Part shown: positions 56,805 to 64,000 of the stretch, in pieces
Layout: each line of letters starts with the position of its first letter
Numbering within the stretch: the first letter of the stretch is position 1
NCBI GenBank assembly: GCA_034190395.1
Contig: JAXINS010000015.1
Coordinates: forward strand, 3,679 to 67,678
Direction: 5' to 3'
Length of the DNA: 64,000 nt
DNA from: Candidatus Chewarchaeum aethiopicum
GTDB taxonomy: Archaea > Halobacteriota > Halobacteria > Halobacteriales > Hikarchaeaceae
Made by a program: the position numbers and the translations under genes
Notes under the pieces: generated by a model
The model's input: the letters and a program-made list of their open reading frames with translations, nothing else
Told to the model about the DNA's origin: nothing
Database searches by the model: none

Positions 56805-57188
56805 TCAGTCTTCGTGTGCGTACTCCCGAAGCGTCTCCAAATCGACCCGTTCCAACACGGCCTCGTTGGTCGCCGCGAGTACTACCGGTGGCGCGACGTT
56901 GGCCTCGACAGCTTCGAGCCATCGGTCGACACAGAGACACCATCGATCGCCGGGGGTCAGCCCCGGGAAGTCGAGTGCCGGCCGTGGCGTAATGAGGTCG
57001 TTGCCACGCTCTCGGGAGAACGTCAGAAACGCCTCCGTGACGACGGCACAGATGTGATGGGCCCCGTGGTCCGCCGGGACAGCGGTACAACAGCCGTCCC
57101 GGAGGTAGCCGGTCATCGGGTCGGTGCTACAGGATTCGAGCGGTTCGCCGAGCACGTTGGATTGTGCGTCGGGTGGTGAACCGGCCAT
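56805..57188 (-). CDS. DUF2237-family protein
   Basis: PMTGYLRDGCC, HHICAVVTEAFLTFSRERGNDLITP, RWCLC. ATG confirmed at 57188. Confidence 0.75.
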   Translation of the reverse strand: MAGSPPDAQSNVLGEPLESCSTDPMTGYLRDGCCTAVPADHGAHHICAVVTEAFLTFSRERGNDLITPRPALDFPGLTPGDRWCLCVDRWLEAVEANVAPPVVLAATNEAVLERVDLETLREYAHED

Positions 57189-57303
57189 GTCCGTTCCTGT
57201 TGGTGCGCCGTCAAATCTCCCTCGACAGCGGGGCCGATCTACACACTTACCCGAATCCGCGATCAAAACCGGGCTTCATAACGGTCCGTGCCGTTCGGTC
57301 AAC

Positions 57304-58137
57304 ATGGACTACGTCGACGCCGGGGAAGCCCGTCTCCCGGCACTCGGACTCGGGACCTGGCAAACCACCGGGGGGACCTGTACGGAGATCGTCCGGACCG
57401 CCCTGGATGTGGGCTATCGCCATATCGATACGGCCCAAGTGTACGATAACGAACGGGCGGTCGGTGTGGGGATCGAGGCCGCTGCGGTCGATCGCGATGA
57501 CATCTTTCTAACCACCAAGGTCTGGCGGTCGAACCTCCGCCACGACGCCGTCATCGATTCCGTCCAGGCGAGCCTTGACCGGCTCGGGACCGACTACGTC
57601 GACCTGCTTTTGATCCACTGGCCGCATCCGCGGGTGCCCATCGAGGAGACGCTTGGCGCGATGACCGAACTCCAGGCCGAGGGGCGTGTCGAGCATCTCG
57701 GCGTGAGCAACTTCACGATGACCCAGCTTCGCGAGGCTATCGACGTCGCTGAGGAACCGCTGGTGACGGATCAGGTGCTCTATCACCCGTTAACCGACCA
57801 GTCGGCGCTTCGGTCGTTCTGTGTCGAGCATGACCTGGCGCTGACGGCGTACAGTCCGCTGGCACGGGGTGACGTCATCGGCCACGAGACCCTCGCCCGT
57901 ATCGGCGATCGCTACGACAAAACCGCCCCCCAGATCGCCCTCCGTTGGCTGGTCCAACAGCCCGGCGTGGTGGCGATCCCCAAAACGACCAGCCGCGAGC
58001 ATCTCGAAGAGAACCTGGCGGTGTTCGATTTCTCGCTCACTGACGCGGAGATGCAACGGATTCACGAGTTACGTGGCAGTCTGCGTCGGCGGGTACAGGA
58101 TATGCTCCCGGCGCTCATGCGACGGTTTCCGATCTGA
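57304..58137 (+). CDS. aldo/keto reductase
   Basis: LGLGTWQ, GYRHIDTAQVYDNE, LTTKVW, LLIHWP, GVSNF. ATG confirmed at 57304. Confidence 0.9.
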   Translation: MDYVDAGEARLPALGLGTWQTTGGTCTEIVRTALDVGYRHIDTAQVYDNERAVGVGIEAAAVDRDDIFLTTKVWRSNLRHDAVIDSVQASLDRLGTDYVDLLLIHWPHPRVPIEETLGAMTELQAEGRVEHLGVSNFTMTQLREAIDVAEEPLVTDQVLYHPLTDQSALRSFCVEHDLALTAYSPLARGDVIGHETLARIGDRYDKTAPQIALRWLVQQPGVVAIPKTTSREHLEENLAVFDFSLTDAEMQRIHELRGSLRRRVQDMLPALMRRFPI

Positions 58138-58212
58138 TCGATCCCCTGTCGATAGTCGGTTTGCTTTCTGCGACCCGGTCGCGGCCTCACCGATCGGGTC
58201 CACACGGCAGGC

Positions 58213-59217
58213 TCAGTACGTCGTCGTGTAGGTCACGTGATACGGGACATCCAGATCCCGTCCGAGCTTCCAGAGGTGGTAATCGAGCTGGGGAACGATC
58301 AGCGATTCGCCGCGTTGGGCTTCGAGTGTCGCGAGGAGCCGATCCCCCGCTACGATCGATGCTGCCCGGACCTCGATCTCATAGCGGCTGCCGACCGGCA
58401 GTTCGGTTGCTGTCTCGATCCGGTCGGCGAGTTCAGTGTCGTATTCGAGAATCCCCTTCGCCCGGAGGTTCGCGGGGACTACGTAATCGGCGAAGATGGT
58501 CAGCTTCTCGATATCCTTGACGGTGAAAAACGACCGATCTTGGAACCGTCCATAGAGCATGGCGGCCGCGAGCTGGGCCTTCTTATCGAAGGCGACCGTC
58601 TCGCCATCGAGCGTGCGACTGTCCGCAAAGGCCTCCGGAAACGCCTCGATCAACCGCTCGACGAACCCATCGCCGTCGTCGAACAGCCGGACCGCTGTGG
58701 GGGTCTCAACGAGGGTGTGAAAGTGACCGTCGTATCCGTTACACAACCGACGGCCCGTCGCGGTGAGTACCTCGTGGCGGGCTTCAAGCATCGGGATTTG
58801 AGTGTCCCCAGGGGCGTCACCACGGAACAGTTCGTCGGTGGCTTCCACCGAGAGTTCACGGAGATATTCCCCGTCGGTGATCGGAATATCCTGCCGTAGA
58901 GCATCGGTGAGGCTTCGCCACATCGCGAACCCGCCCTCCCAGGTCTCCCCGTCGTAGGTGGCCCGGTAGCGTTCGCTACCGTCGGCCATGATGAACTGGA
59001 ACTCGTTGAGTGCGGCCAGCACGTAGAGATCCAGGATCGTCTCGTTGGACCACCGATCGTCCGGATGGGGTGGCCCACGCCAGTCCGGCACCGTTAGTTC
59101 GACATCCGCCAGGTCGGTGGCGACTGCCTCGATCGCCCCGTCATCGATGCTGACGTGGTCGAACTCGCCGGCTCCAAAGGCGGACTGAATCGACGCACGC
59201 ACCCGATTAGTTGTCAT
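58213..59217 (-). CDS. queuosine-salvage family protein (DUF2419 / QNG1-like)
   Basis: Blocks align with human QNG1 as I recall it: RYRATYDGETWEGGFAMWRSL..DIPIT, IPMLEARHEVL, VAFDKKAQL, LTIFADYVVPANLRAKGILEY, EIEVRAASI, LDYHLW, C-terminal HVTYTTTY. Confidence 0.85.
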   Translation of the reverse strand: MTTNRVRASIQSAFGAGEFDHVSIDDGAIEAVATDLADVELTVPDWRGPPHPDDRWSNETILDLYVLAALNEFQFIMADGSERYRATYDGETWEGGFAMWRSLTDALRQDIPITDGEYLRELSVEATDELFRGDAPGDTQIPMLEARHEVLTATGRRLCNGYDGHFHTLVETPTAVRLFDDGDGFVERLIEAFPEAFADSRTLDGETVAFDKKAQLAAAMLYGRFQDRSFFTVKDIEKLTIFADYVVPANLRAKGILEYDTELADRIETATELPVGSRYEIEVRAASIVAGDRLLATLEAQRGESLIVPQLDYHLWKLGRDLDVPYHVTYTTTY

Positions 59218-59287
59218 ATCCGCGATTCTTCAGGCGGGGCCATACCGCTTGCCTTCCCGATCGACACGCAATCGTCCGATAGAGGCC

Positions 59288-60343
59288 CTATGTGCCATTC
59301 TCGACGATTCGGTCGCTTTCATCGCGGACGGCCATGCTCAACAGGCGGTCGTTCTCGTAGGCAGCAACGCCCTCACGCCGGCCAATGACGAAGCCGGCTG
59401 CCGGGGCTTCGACGGTTGTCCGGTGTTCGCCGTTCGGGGCGACGATGTCGACGAGTGGGTCTTCCGGTTCGACGGCGTCGCCGGCCGTGACCCGATAGCG
59501 GGCGATCCCGGTCGTCGGCGCGTATGGTTTCGCCGATCGTTTGACCGGGAAATCGACAGGCGCGTCCGGCGCATGGTCGTTCGGTTTTGGGGTGCCGTCA
59601 TGCATATCGAGCGTTCTGAGTACGTTCTCGACTCCGCTGATCCCGGCTTGCCGATACGAATCGTTGACGACGCTGTGGCTCCCCAGCTCGGGGGTGATGG
59701 CTGGAATCCCGGCCCTGATGGCGGCGCTCGTCGTCGATCGGTGGAGACCGTACGCCTCCTTCAGCTCCGTCTCGTAGGTCGCAACGACCGGGAGGCCAAA
59801 CGCCTCCCCGAGTTCATCGATCTCCGCCGAGAGCGTTCGTGCTTCCGCCTCGCTTCGATCCCCACCGTACGGCACGTCGTTTCTGATGATGAATGGCATC
59901 GAATTGACGCCGGCGGTATGGAGATCGACGAGGGCATCGGCGTGTTCGGTCAGCAGGTCGAACAGCCGTGCGTCGATCTGTTCTTGGAGGTTCGGGGGTC
60001 GTGGCCCCGTTTCAGGATGGGGAAAATACCGGTTCGGATCGTCGTTGTGATAATAAGACGTCCGGCTGTTTCGGCGCAGACCGGCGGGGTTGACGTTCGG
60101 GATACAGACGATGGTTCCACGGAGATCCGTGGGCAGATCCTCGGTCATCACATCCTGTGCGACCGCAAGGCCGGTCGCCTCGTCGCCGTGGATCGATCCG
60201 TGTATCCAAAGCGTCGGTCCGTCTTCGACACCCTCGGCGACGATCACGGGTAATCGCTCCTCGATCGCCGTCGGCAGTTCGGCGATTTCGAGGTAGCCAC
60301 GGGCCAGTGCACCAGGACTCGCGTCGGCGGAGCCGATCTGCAT
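59288..60343 (-). CDS. succinylglutamate desuccinylase/aspartoacylase-family zinc hydrolase
   Basis: GPTLWIHGSIHGDEATG zinc-binding motif, DLH, and a length of 351 aa. Confidence 0.85.
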   Translation of the reverse strand: MQIGSADASPGALARGYLEIAELPTAIEERLPVIVAEGVEDGPTLWIHGSIHGDEATGLAVAQDVMTEDLPTDLRGTIVCIPNVNPAGLRRNSRTSYYHNDDPNRYFPHPETGPRPPNLQEQIDARLFDLLTEHADALVDLHTAGVNSMPFIIRNDVPYGGDRSEAEARTLSAEIDELGEAFGLPVVATYETELKEAYGLHRSTTSAAIRAGIPAITPELGSHSVVNDSYRQAGISGVENVLRTLDMHDGTPKPNDHAPDAPVDFPVKRSAKPYAPTTGIARYRVTAGDAVEPEDPLVDIVAPNGEHRTTVEAPAAGFVIGRREGVAAYENDRLLSMAVRDESDRIVENGT

Positions 60344-60423
60344 GCGCCCACGCGTTCCGCCCGGACTAAATGGGTTTTGTCGGGGGCCAGACCGGCCGGA
60401 ACCGATTCTTCGAATGGTCTGAC

Positions 60424-60795
60424 TTACGACTCGCCGAGCCCATCCAATAGGAACTCAGCCGACGTTCGTGTCGTCGCTAAGGGAACGTCGTGGACGTCAC
60501 AGATCCGTAGCAACGCGCTGATATCCGGTTCGTGTGGCTGGGCGGTCAACGGATCACGGAGGAAGACGATGCCATCGAGTCTCCCTTCGACGACCTCCGT
60601 CCCGATCTGGGTGTCGCCCCCGAGCGGACCGCTCTGTTTTCGCTTGAGTGTCAATCCGGTTTCGTCCATGATCCGCTGGCCGGTCGTGCCGGTGGCGACG
60701 AGGTCAAACGCCGATAAGGTGTCCTCATACGTTCGAACTAAATCGATCATCTCCGGTTTTTCATCGTCGTGAGCGATGAGTGCCACGCGGGTCAT
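60424..60795 (-). CDS. mgsA: methylglyoxal synthase
   Basis: [52 protein letters not shown] confirmed at 60795. Confidence 0.9.
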   Translation of the reverse strand: MTRVALIAHDDEKPEMIDLVRTYEDTLSAFDLVATGTTGQRIMDETGLTLKRKQSGPLGGDTQIGTEVVEGRLDGIVFLRDPLTAQPHEPDISALLRICDVHDVPLATTRTSAEFLLDGLGES

Positions 60796-61182
60796 ACCCC
60801 GGATCACGGGACCACATTGGGTAAGTATCCGGGAGTCGCTCCGTGTCACGGGTCACGGGACCATATTTGTCTCATATTCTAACAATCGAGGGGCGGTAGC
60901 CGGGAGCAAGGCCCCTGCGTCGTGACCGCTGTCCACCCGTTTGATCGTCGTCCCATGTTGGCTGTCGTCGGTCTGCTGGCTCGGATCCCCGATTCCTGTC
61001 TCCCGTTCGCGTGCGTCACCGGGACACTACCGATCGGTTGTTGACTGACGGTCTCTCTGTCCCACTCGCCCCAACCCCGATGCGTACCGTCCGATCCGCG
61101 ATCGGATATGTTAATATATCCTAGTATTCTATCTGTAATATTATAAGAACGCTTTTGAGATCGCTTCGTCCTGCCACAGGTG

Positions 61183-61311
61183 ATGGCAACGCGTGTCCAT
61201 TCACTCGACCGATCGGACAGTTGTCCAACCTGCTCCGGGCGGCTTGTCTTTACCGGCGGGTCGTGGAGCTGTACTGAGTGTTCGTTCGATCTTCGACACC
61301 GTACCGGCTGA
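61183..61311 (+). CDS. small zinc-ribbon protein (42 aa, CPxC-x13-CxxC) upstream of padR
   Basis: My own translation: MATRVHSLDRSDSCPTCSGRLVFTGGSWSCTECSFDLRHRTG. AT-rich TATA-like region at 61110-61147. Its stop lies 19 nt before the padR ATG. Confidence 0.45.
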   Translation: MATRVHSLDRSDSCPTCSGRLVFTGGSWSCTECSFDLRHRTG

Positions 61312-61330
61312 TACGAACCTATCATCATCT

Positions 61331-61627
61331 ATGTGGGACTTAACGAATTTCCAGCGCGATTTGCTGTACATCATCCGGTCGTGTGAGGACCCCTGTGGTC
61401 TCGAAATCAAAGCCGAATTGGACGCGTACTATTCGGAGGACATCAATCACGCCCGACTGTACCCCAACCTCGAGACGCTTATCGATCTCGGATTGGTCGC
61501 CAAAGCACAGTCCGACGGACGGACGAACGTCTACTCGTTAACCGACCGGGGGATCGAGGCAATCCGCGCCCGTCGCCAGTGGGAACGGAGTGTTCTCGAT
61601 ACCTCGCCACTCACGACCTCGTCGTGA
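61331..61627 (+). CDS. PadR-family winged-helix transcriptional regulator
   Basis: FQRDLLYII...GLEIKAELDAYY...INHARLYPNLETLIDLGLV...DGRTNVYSLTDRG. ATG confirmed at 61331. T5 run at 61632-61636 after the stop. Confidence 0.8.
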   Translation: MWDLTNFQRDLLYIIRSCEDPCGLEIKAELDAYYSEDINHARLYPNLETLIDLGLVAKAQSDGRTNVYSLTDRGIEAIRARRQWERSVLDTSPLTTSS

Positions 61628-62011
61628 CCGATTTTTCCCTGACAACTGCCGACCTGGCTATCACTACCGGTCGATGGATTCCTCTAATCCTCCCATTTTT
61701 TGATATACCGGGTGTGGCTTCCTATCATTTGCTAGTACAATATTAGGGATATCAGGAGTAGCTATATTTACATCACCGATGGTCCGCTGTGTGGGGGCAT
61801 GTCTGACCCGATGGCCTGTTGTGTCTGAACATCCTTACACGCCACATCCCGGTCAGGGAAGGTCTGATGGGGTACTGAGGCCAGTATCCCGCCCCCGTTC
61901 TCAGAGCGCTCTACATTCCGTCCGAGATACCTCCAACAATTATCGGATCCAGTGTACAGGATGGAAGGCACATCCTCTGTCGTTCGGATTCCCTCAAAGA
62001 GATATCCGGAG

Positions 62012-62620
62012 TTAATCCAGATCGATGTACTGTCGGATGAGCCTCTCAGCAGACGCTGGTTGTACTGGGATAGTTTTACCGTCGGTGATGGTCCTCCACT
62101 CGTCGTAGGACTCCCGAGATTCAAACGCGTTGATATACTGGCAGAACGCGGTACTGACACTGGGTGTGTCTGCCTGTAACATCCAGTCGAAGATGGTTTC
62201 GTCACTTGCTTCGAGTGCAGGGATTGATGGTGCGATGCCGAATGTCACGATGGCTTTCTCAGGGGTGACACGGATGGTGTCAGCTCCGACAGTAAACGTC
62301 ACCGGTGTGTGGGTCACGGGATCAACTGATCGAACAGTCACAGGGGATTGTGACTCCAACACTGCGGCTGTCAGTGCATCTAAGACACACGGTGCGTACT
62401 GGACTTGCTCATCCACTTGGACTTCATGTCGTGTTGGTTCGTCGGTATACAGATCCCCGGGTTCGATTGTGTGATCGGTTGCCACGAGCTGGTCAGCGAA
62501 CTGCGACCAGTACTCGGCCAACGTTTCGGGGGTAGTGTCGAGGTTTCCGACCGTGGCGAGATGGTCGGCGAATTCGGGTGGTAGGTCAATACGATCATCG
62601 GCTGTGGAAGCAGCTGACAT
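62012..62620 (-). CDS. alkylmercury (organomercurial) lyase MerB-like protein
   Basis: YAPCVLDAL matches MerB YAWCALDTL (Cys96/Asp99). FCQYINAFESRESYDEW matches FCCHVHFFASVPTAEDW (Cys159). ATG confirmed at 62620. Confidence 0.7.
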   Translation of the reverse strand: MSAASTADDRIDLPPEFADHLATVGNLDTTPETLAEYWSQFADQLVATDHTIEPGDLYTDEPTRHEVQVDEQVQYAPCVLDALTAAVLESQSPVTVRSVDPVTHTPVTFTVGADTIRVTPEKAIVTFGIAPSIPALEASDETIFDWMLQADTPSVSTAFCQYINAFESRESYDEWRTITDGKTIPVQPASAERLIRQYIDLD

Positions 62621-62789
62621 TATAACTGCACAGACTGGTCGGAGCGTGTTGTCGATTCCTCCCAATCAGTTGGGGTAATTTATATGATGGATCATACTGG
62701 CCCAACGTAGCTGACCTGTTCATGCTCCGTTCGCCGGCACTTCCAAACGGTCAGGGATTTGTGTTGATGTCGTCTTGGATTCGCGTCAC

Positions 62790-63231
62790 TCACGGGGGAT
62801 CAAACGTCCACGCTCCTTTCCAGACTTTTTCGCCAATTTCCCGGTGGAGTAACGCCGCTGTCCGATGTTCATCCGGACCCTCAGGGGTATAAACGACGAC
62901 CCACGACGTCCGGTGTTCCGCGGTATCGCCAGTACGAGCGACGACGGCCGGTCCCTAGCTTCGAAGCCAGTCGCCTCCTGATCGACCGTATACCTGCATC
63001 TAAACTCCGCTGGCAGCGAGCCGATCGTACACCCGACGAGTCCCGTCGTCGTCTATCCGTGAAATGCGCTGGAACGATACATCCAAGCGGCCATCCCAAG
63101 TATGGATCGCAAGCGAGTAGCGCGGGACGGTTGACCCCAAAGCGAGAATGCTTTTTTGTTGTGATTGTCCTCGTGATTCCGATTGCTCTCTGGGTACTCA
63201 TTTTCCCTAGCGACATCTATCGGTGGCATTA
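62790..63231 (-). pseudogene. probable decayed gene: coding-like segments spread over three frames
   Basis: Minus strand gives MPPIDVARENEYPESN...FHG*. A second frame gives ...YTVDQEATGFEARDRP.... After a TAG, a third frame gives ...TSWVVVYTPEGPDEHRTAALLHREIGEKVWKGAWTFDPP*. No single intact ORF and no family recognised. Confidence 0.25.
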
Positions 63232-63241
63232 GGCGAAGCGC

Positions 63242-63643
63242 TCATCCAGCAAACTCGGTCCGAACGGTATAGGCCAGAAACCATCCTGCGACCGCTATGA
63301 GTACCCCATCGCCGATCGTGGTTAGGACTGCTGTCGTTGCGAACACCAGCTGGCCGGTGGCAATCGTGGCGACGTGATCGGGATTCATGATGATGAAATG
63401 ATACAGCAGTTCAAACGCCAGCGCAGCCATTCCTGCAATCGCCAGTAAAATGCCGCCAGTCACGGATCGATCGTAGATAATCAGCACTACTCCGGCGAGT
63501 GGCGCCATGAACAGCACCACGATAGCAAAGCCGTATTGCCAGCCGTGTACGGTGACAGGAAGAACGAGATGGGTCACGCCATGGACGAGTGAAAGCAACA
63601 CGTGACCGGCAACACCGAATAGGAGTGGCCGTCGGTCGGTCAT
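63242..63643 (-). CDS. four-TM membrane protein, unknown function
   Basis: 133-aa His-rich polytopic ORF. ATGA overlap with the upstream epimerase-like gene. Confidence 0.6.
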   Translation of the reverse strand: MTDRRPLLFGVAGHVLLSLVHGVTHLVLPVTVHGWQYGFAIVVLFMAPLAGVVLIIYDRSVTGGILLAIAGMAALAFELLYHFIIMNPDHVATIATGQLVFATTAVLTTIGDGVLIAVAGWFLAYTVRTEFAG

Positions 63644-64000
63644 GTCCGTTGCTTTGTCGGTGGGACTGGGTCGGTCGTTGATTCAGCCTGTAGTTCGGCA
63701 AGCGTCCCGTCAGCCGTCCAAGTGTCAACGATCTGTTTGAGTCCCTCACGGTACGTTGGAAACTCGGGTTTCCAGTCAAGTTCCTGGACCGCCTTTTCGT
63801 TCGTTGTCGGCATGGGACTGGTGAGTCCCTGGGCGTTGATCTTGCCGATGAAAACCCGAGCTAACCAGGCCGGAATCCGACGTGGCTTCGGAGCGTCCAG
63901 AAGCTCCGCGAACGTTTTAAAGAAGGTCGCACCGGTCACCGGGTCATCGTCGACGATGTGATACAGCCCACTCGCTTTTGCGTGGATGGCGGCGACGAAG
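63640..64000 (-). CDS. NAD-dependent epimerase/dehydratase-family protein, C-terminal part (gene continues beyond the window)
   Basis: The frame is open to the window edge (...HAKASGLYHIVDDDPVTGATFFKTFAELLDAPKPRRIPAWLAR...). This is a typical C-terminal substrate-domain pattern of SDR-type epimerases. Confidence 0.7.
   Translation of the reverse strand, partial: FVAAIHAKASGLYHIVDDDPVTGATFFKTFAELLDAPKPRRIPAWLARVFIGKINAQGLTSPMPTTNEKAVQELDWKPEFPTYREGLKQIVDTWTADGTLAELQAESTTDPVPPTKQRT

Noticed and set aside
59249-60253. 334-aa plus-strand ORF
   Set aside because: Antisense to the AstE/AspA-family gene (HGDE zinc motif). Arg/Gly/Asp-rich artefact.
60879-61328. 149-aa minus-strand ORF in the mgsA-padR spacer
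   Set aside because: Highly basic, Arg/Ser/Thr-rich, unlike the acidic proteome. Overlaps the zinc-ribbon ORF on the opposite strand. No motifs.
62881-63216. 111-aa minus-strand ORF
   Set aside because: Arg-rich and basic. It lies within a region where coding-like segments jump between three frames, so it is treated as part of a decayed gene rather than an intact CDS.
1-64000. tRNA, rRNA, RNase P/SRP RNA, transposases, integrases, toxin-antitoxin or restriction-modification or other classical defence genes
   Set aside because: Scanning intergenic regions by eye found no T-loop/acceptor-like tRNA signatures and no rRNA-like stretches. No ORF has DDE, tyrosine-recombinase or defence-system motifs. 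Absence is based on visual inspection only and should be confirmed with tRNAscan-SE, Infernal and profile searches.

Overview
High-GC segment whose predicted proteins are very acidic, typical of a haloarchaeal (class Halobacteria-like) chromosome. I support about 65 protein genes. I recognised no rRNA, tRNA, CRISPR array, transposase or integrase by eye. Many long ORFs in the track are Arg/Pro/Ser-rich antisense GC artefacts and were discarded. Several real genes start well inside the longest ORF or at GTG, and I re-derived those starts from the sequence. Content: (1) an ECF-type transporter operon (S, fused A1A2, T, small membrane protein) ending in an AbrB-PhoU fusion gene; (2) a second AbrB-PhoU gene divergent from a five-gene peptide/nickel-type ABC importer plus a coupled membrane protein; (3) a co-directional phosphate/polyphosphate block (HAD phosphatase, ApaH-like metallophosphoesterase, ppk1, MFS, Usp, stand-alone PhoU); (4) a PotD-type ABC importer translationally coupled to a calcineurin-like metallophosphoesterase that has a paralog elsewhere in the window; (5) signalling genes (receiver-PAS-histidine kinase; receiver-GAF coupled to a Walker-A-degenerate KaiC/RecA-like protein); (6) housekeeping genes (Cdc48, RadB, HisH, LarC, PhzF, MgsA, IMPase, dehydrogenases, AKR, Usp, APC and MFS transporters). 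Observations most worth follow-up: three unannotated CxxC-type zinc-ribbon micro-ORFs shorter than 60 aa (two tandem upstream of the receiver-GAF/KaiC-like pair, one upstream of padR); an identical CTCATAGCAA-TATA promoter module placed exactly 33 nt before the start codons of the two transporter operons that neighbour AbrB-PhoU genes; a CBS x4 protein fused to an HPF/RaiA-like domain; a DUF2419/QNG1 queuosine-salvage homolog in an archaeon; a 100-residue insertion splitting the Cys motif of the OppF-type ATPase; a MerB-like lyase with conserved Cys-Asp-Cys in a low-GC islet next to a decayed gene. All functional calls come from motif recognition by eye, with no database search.
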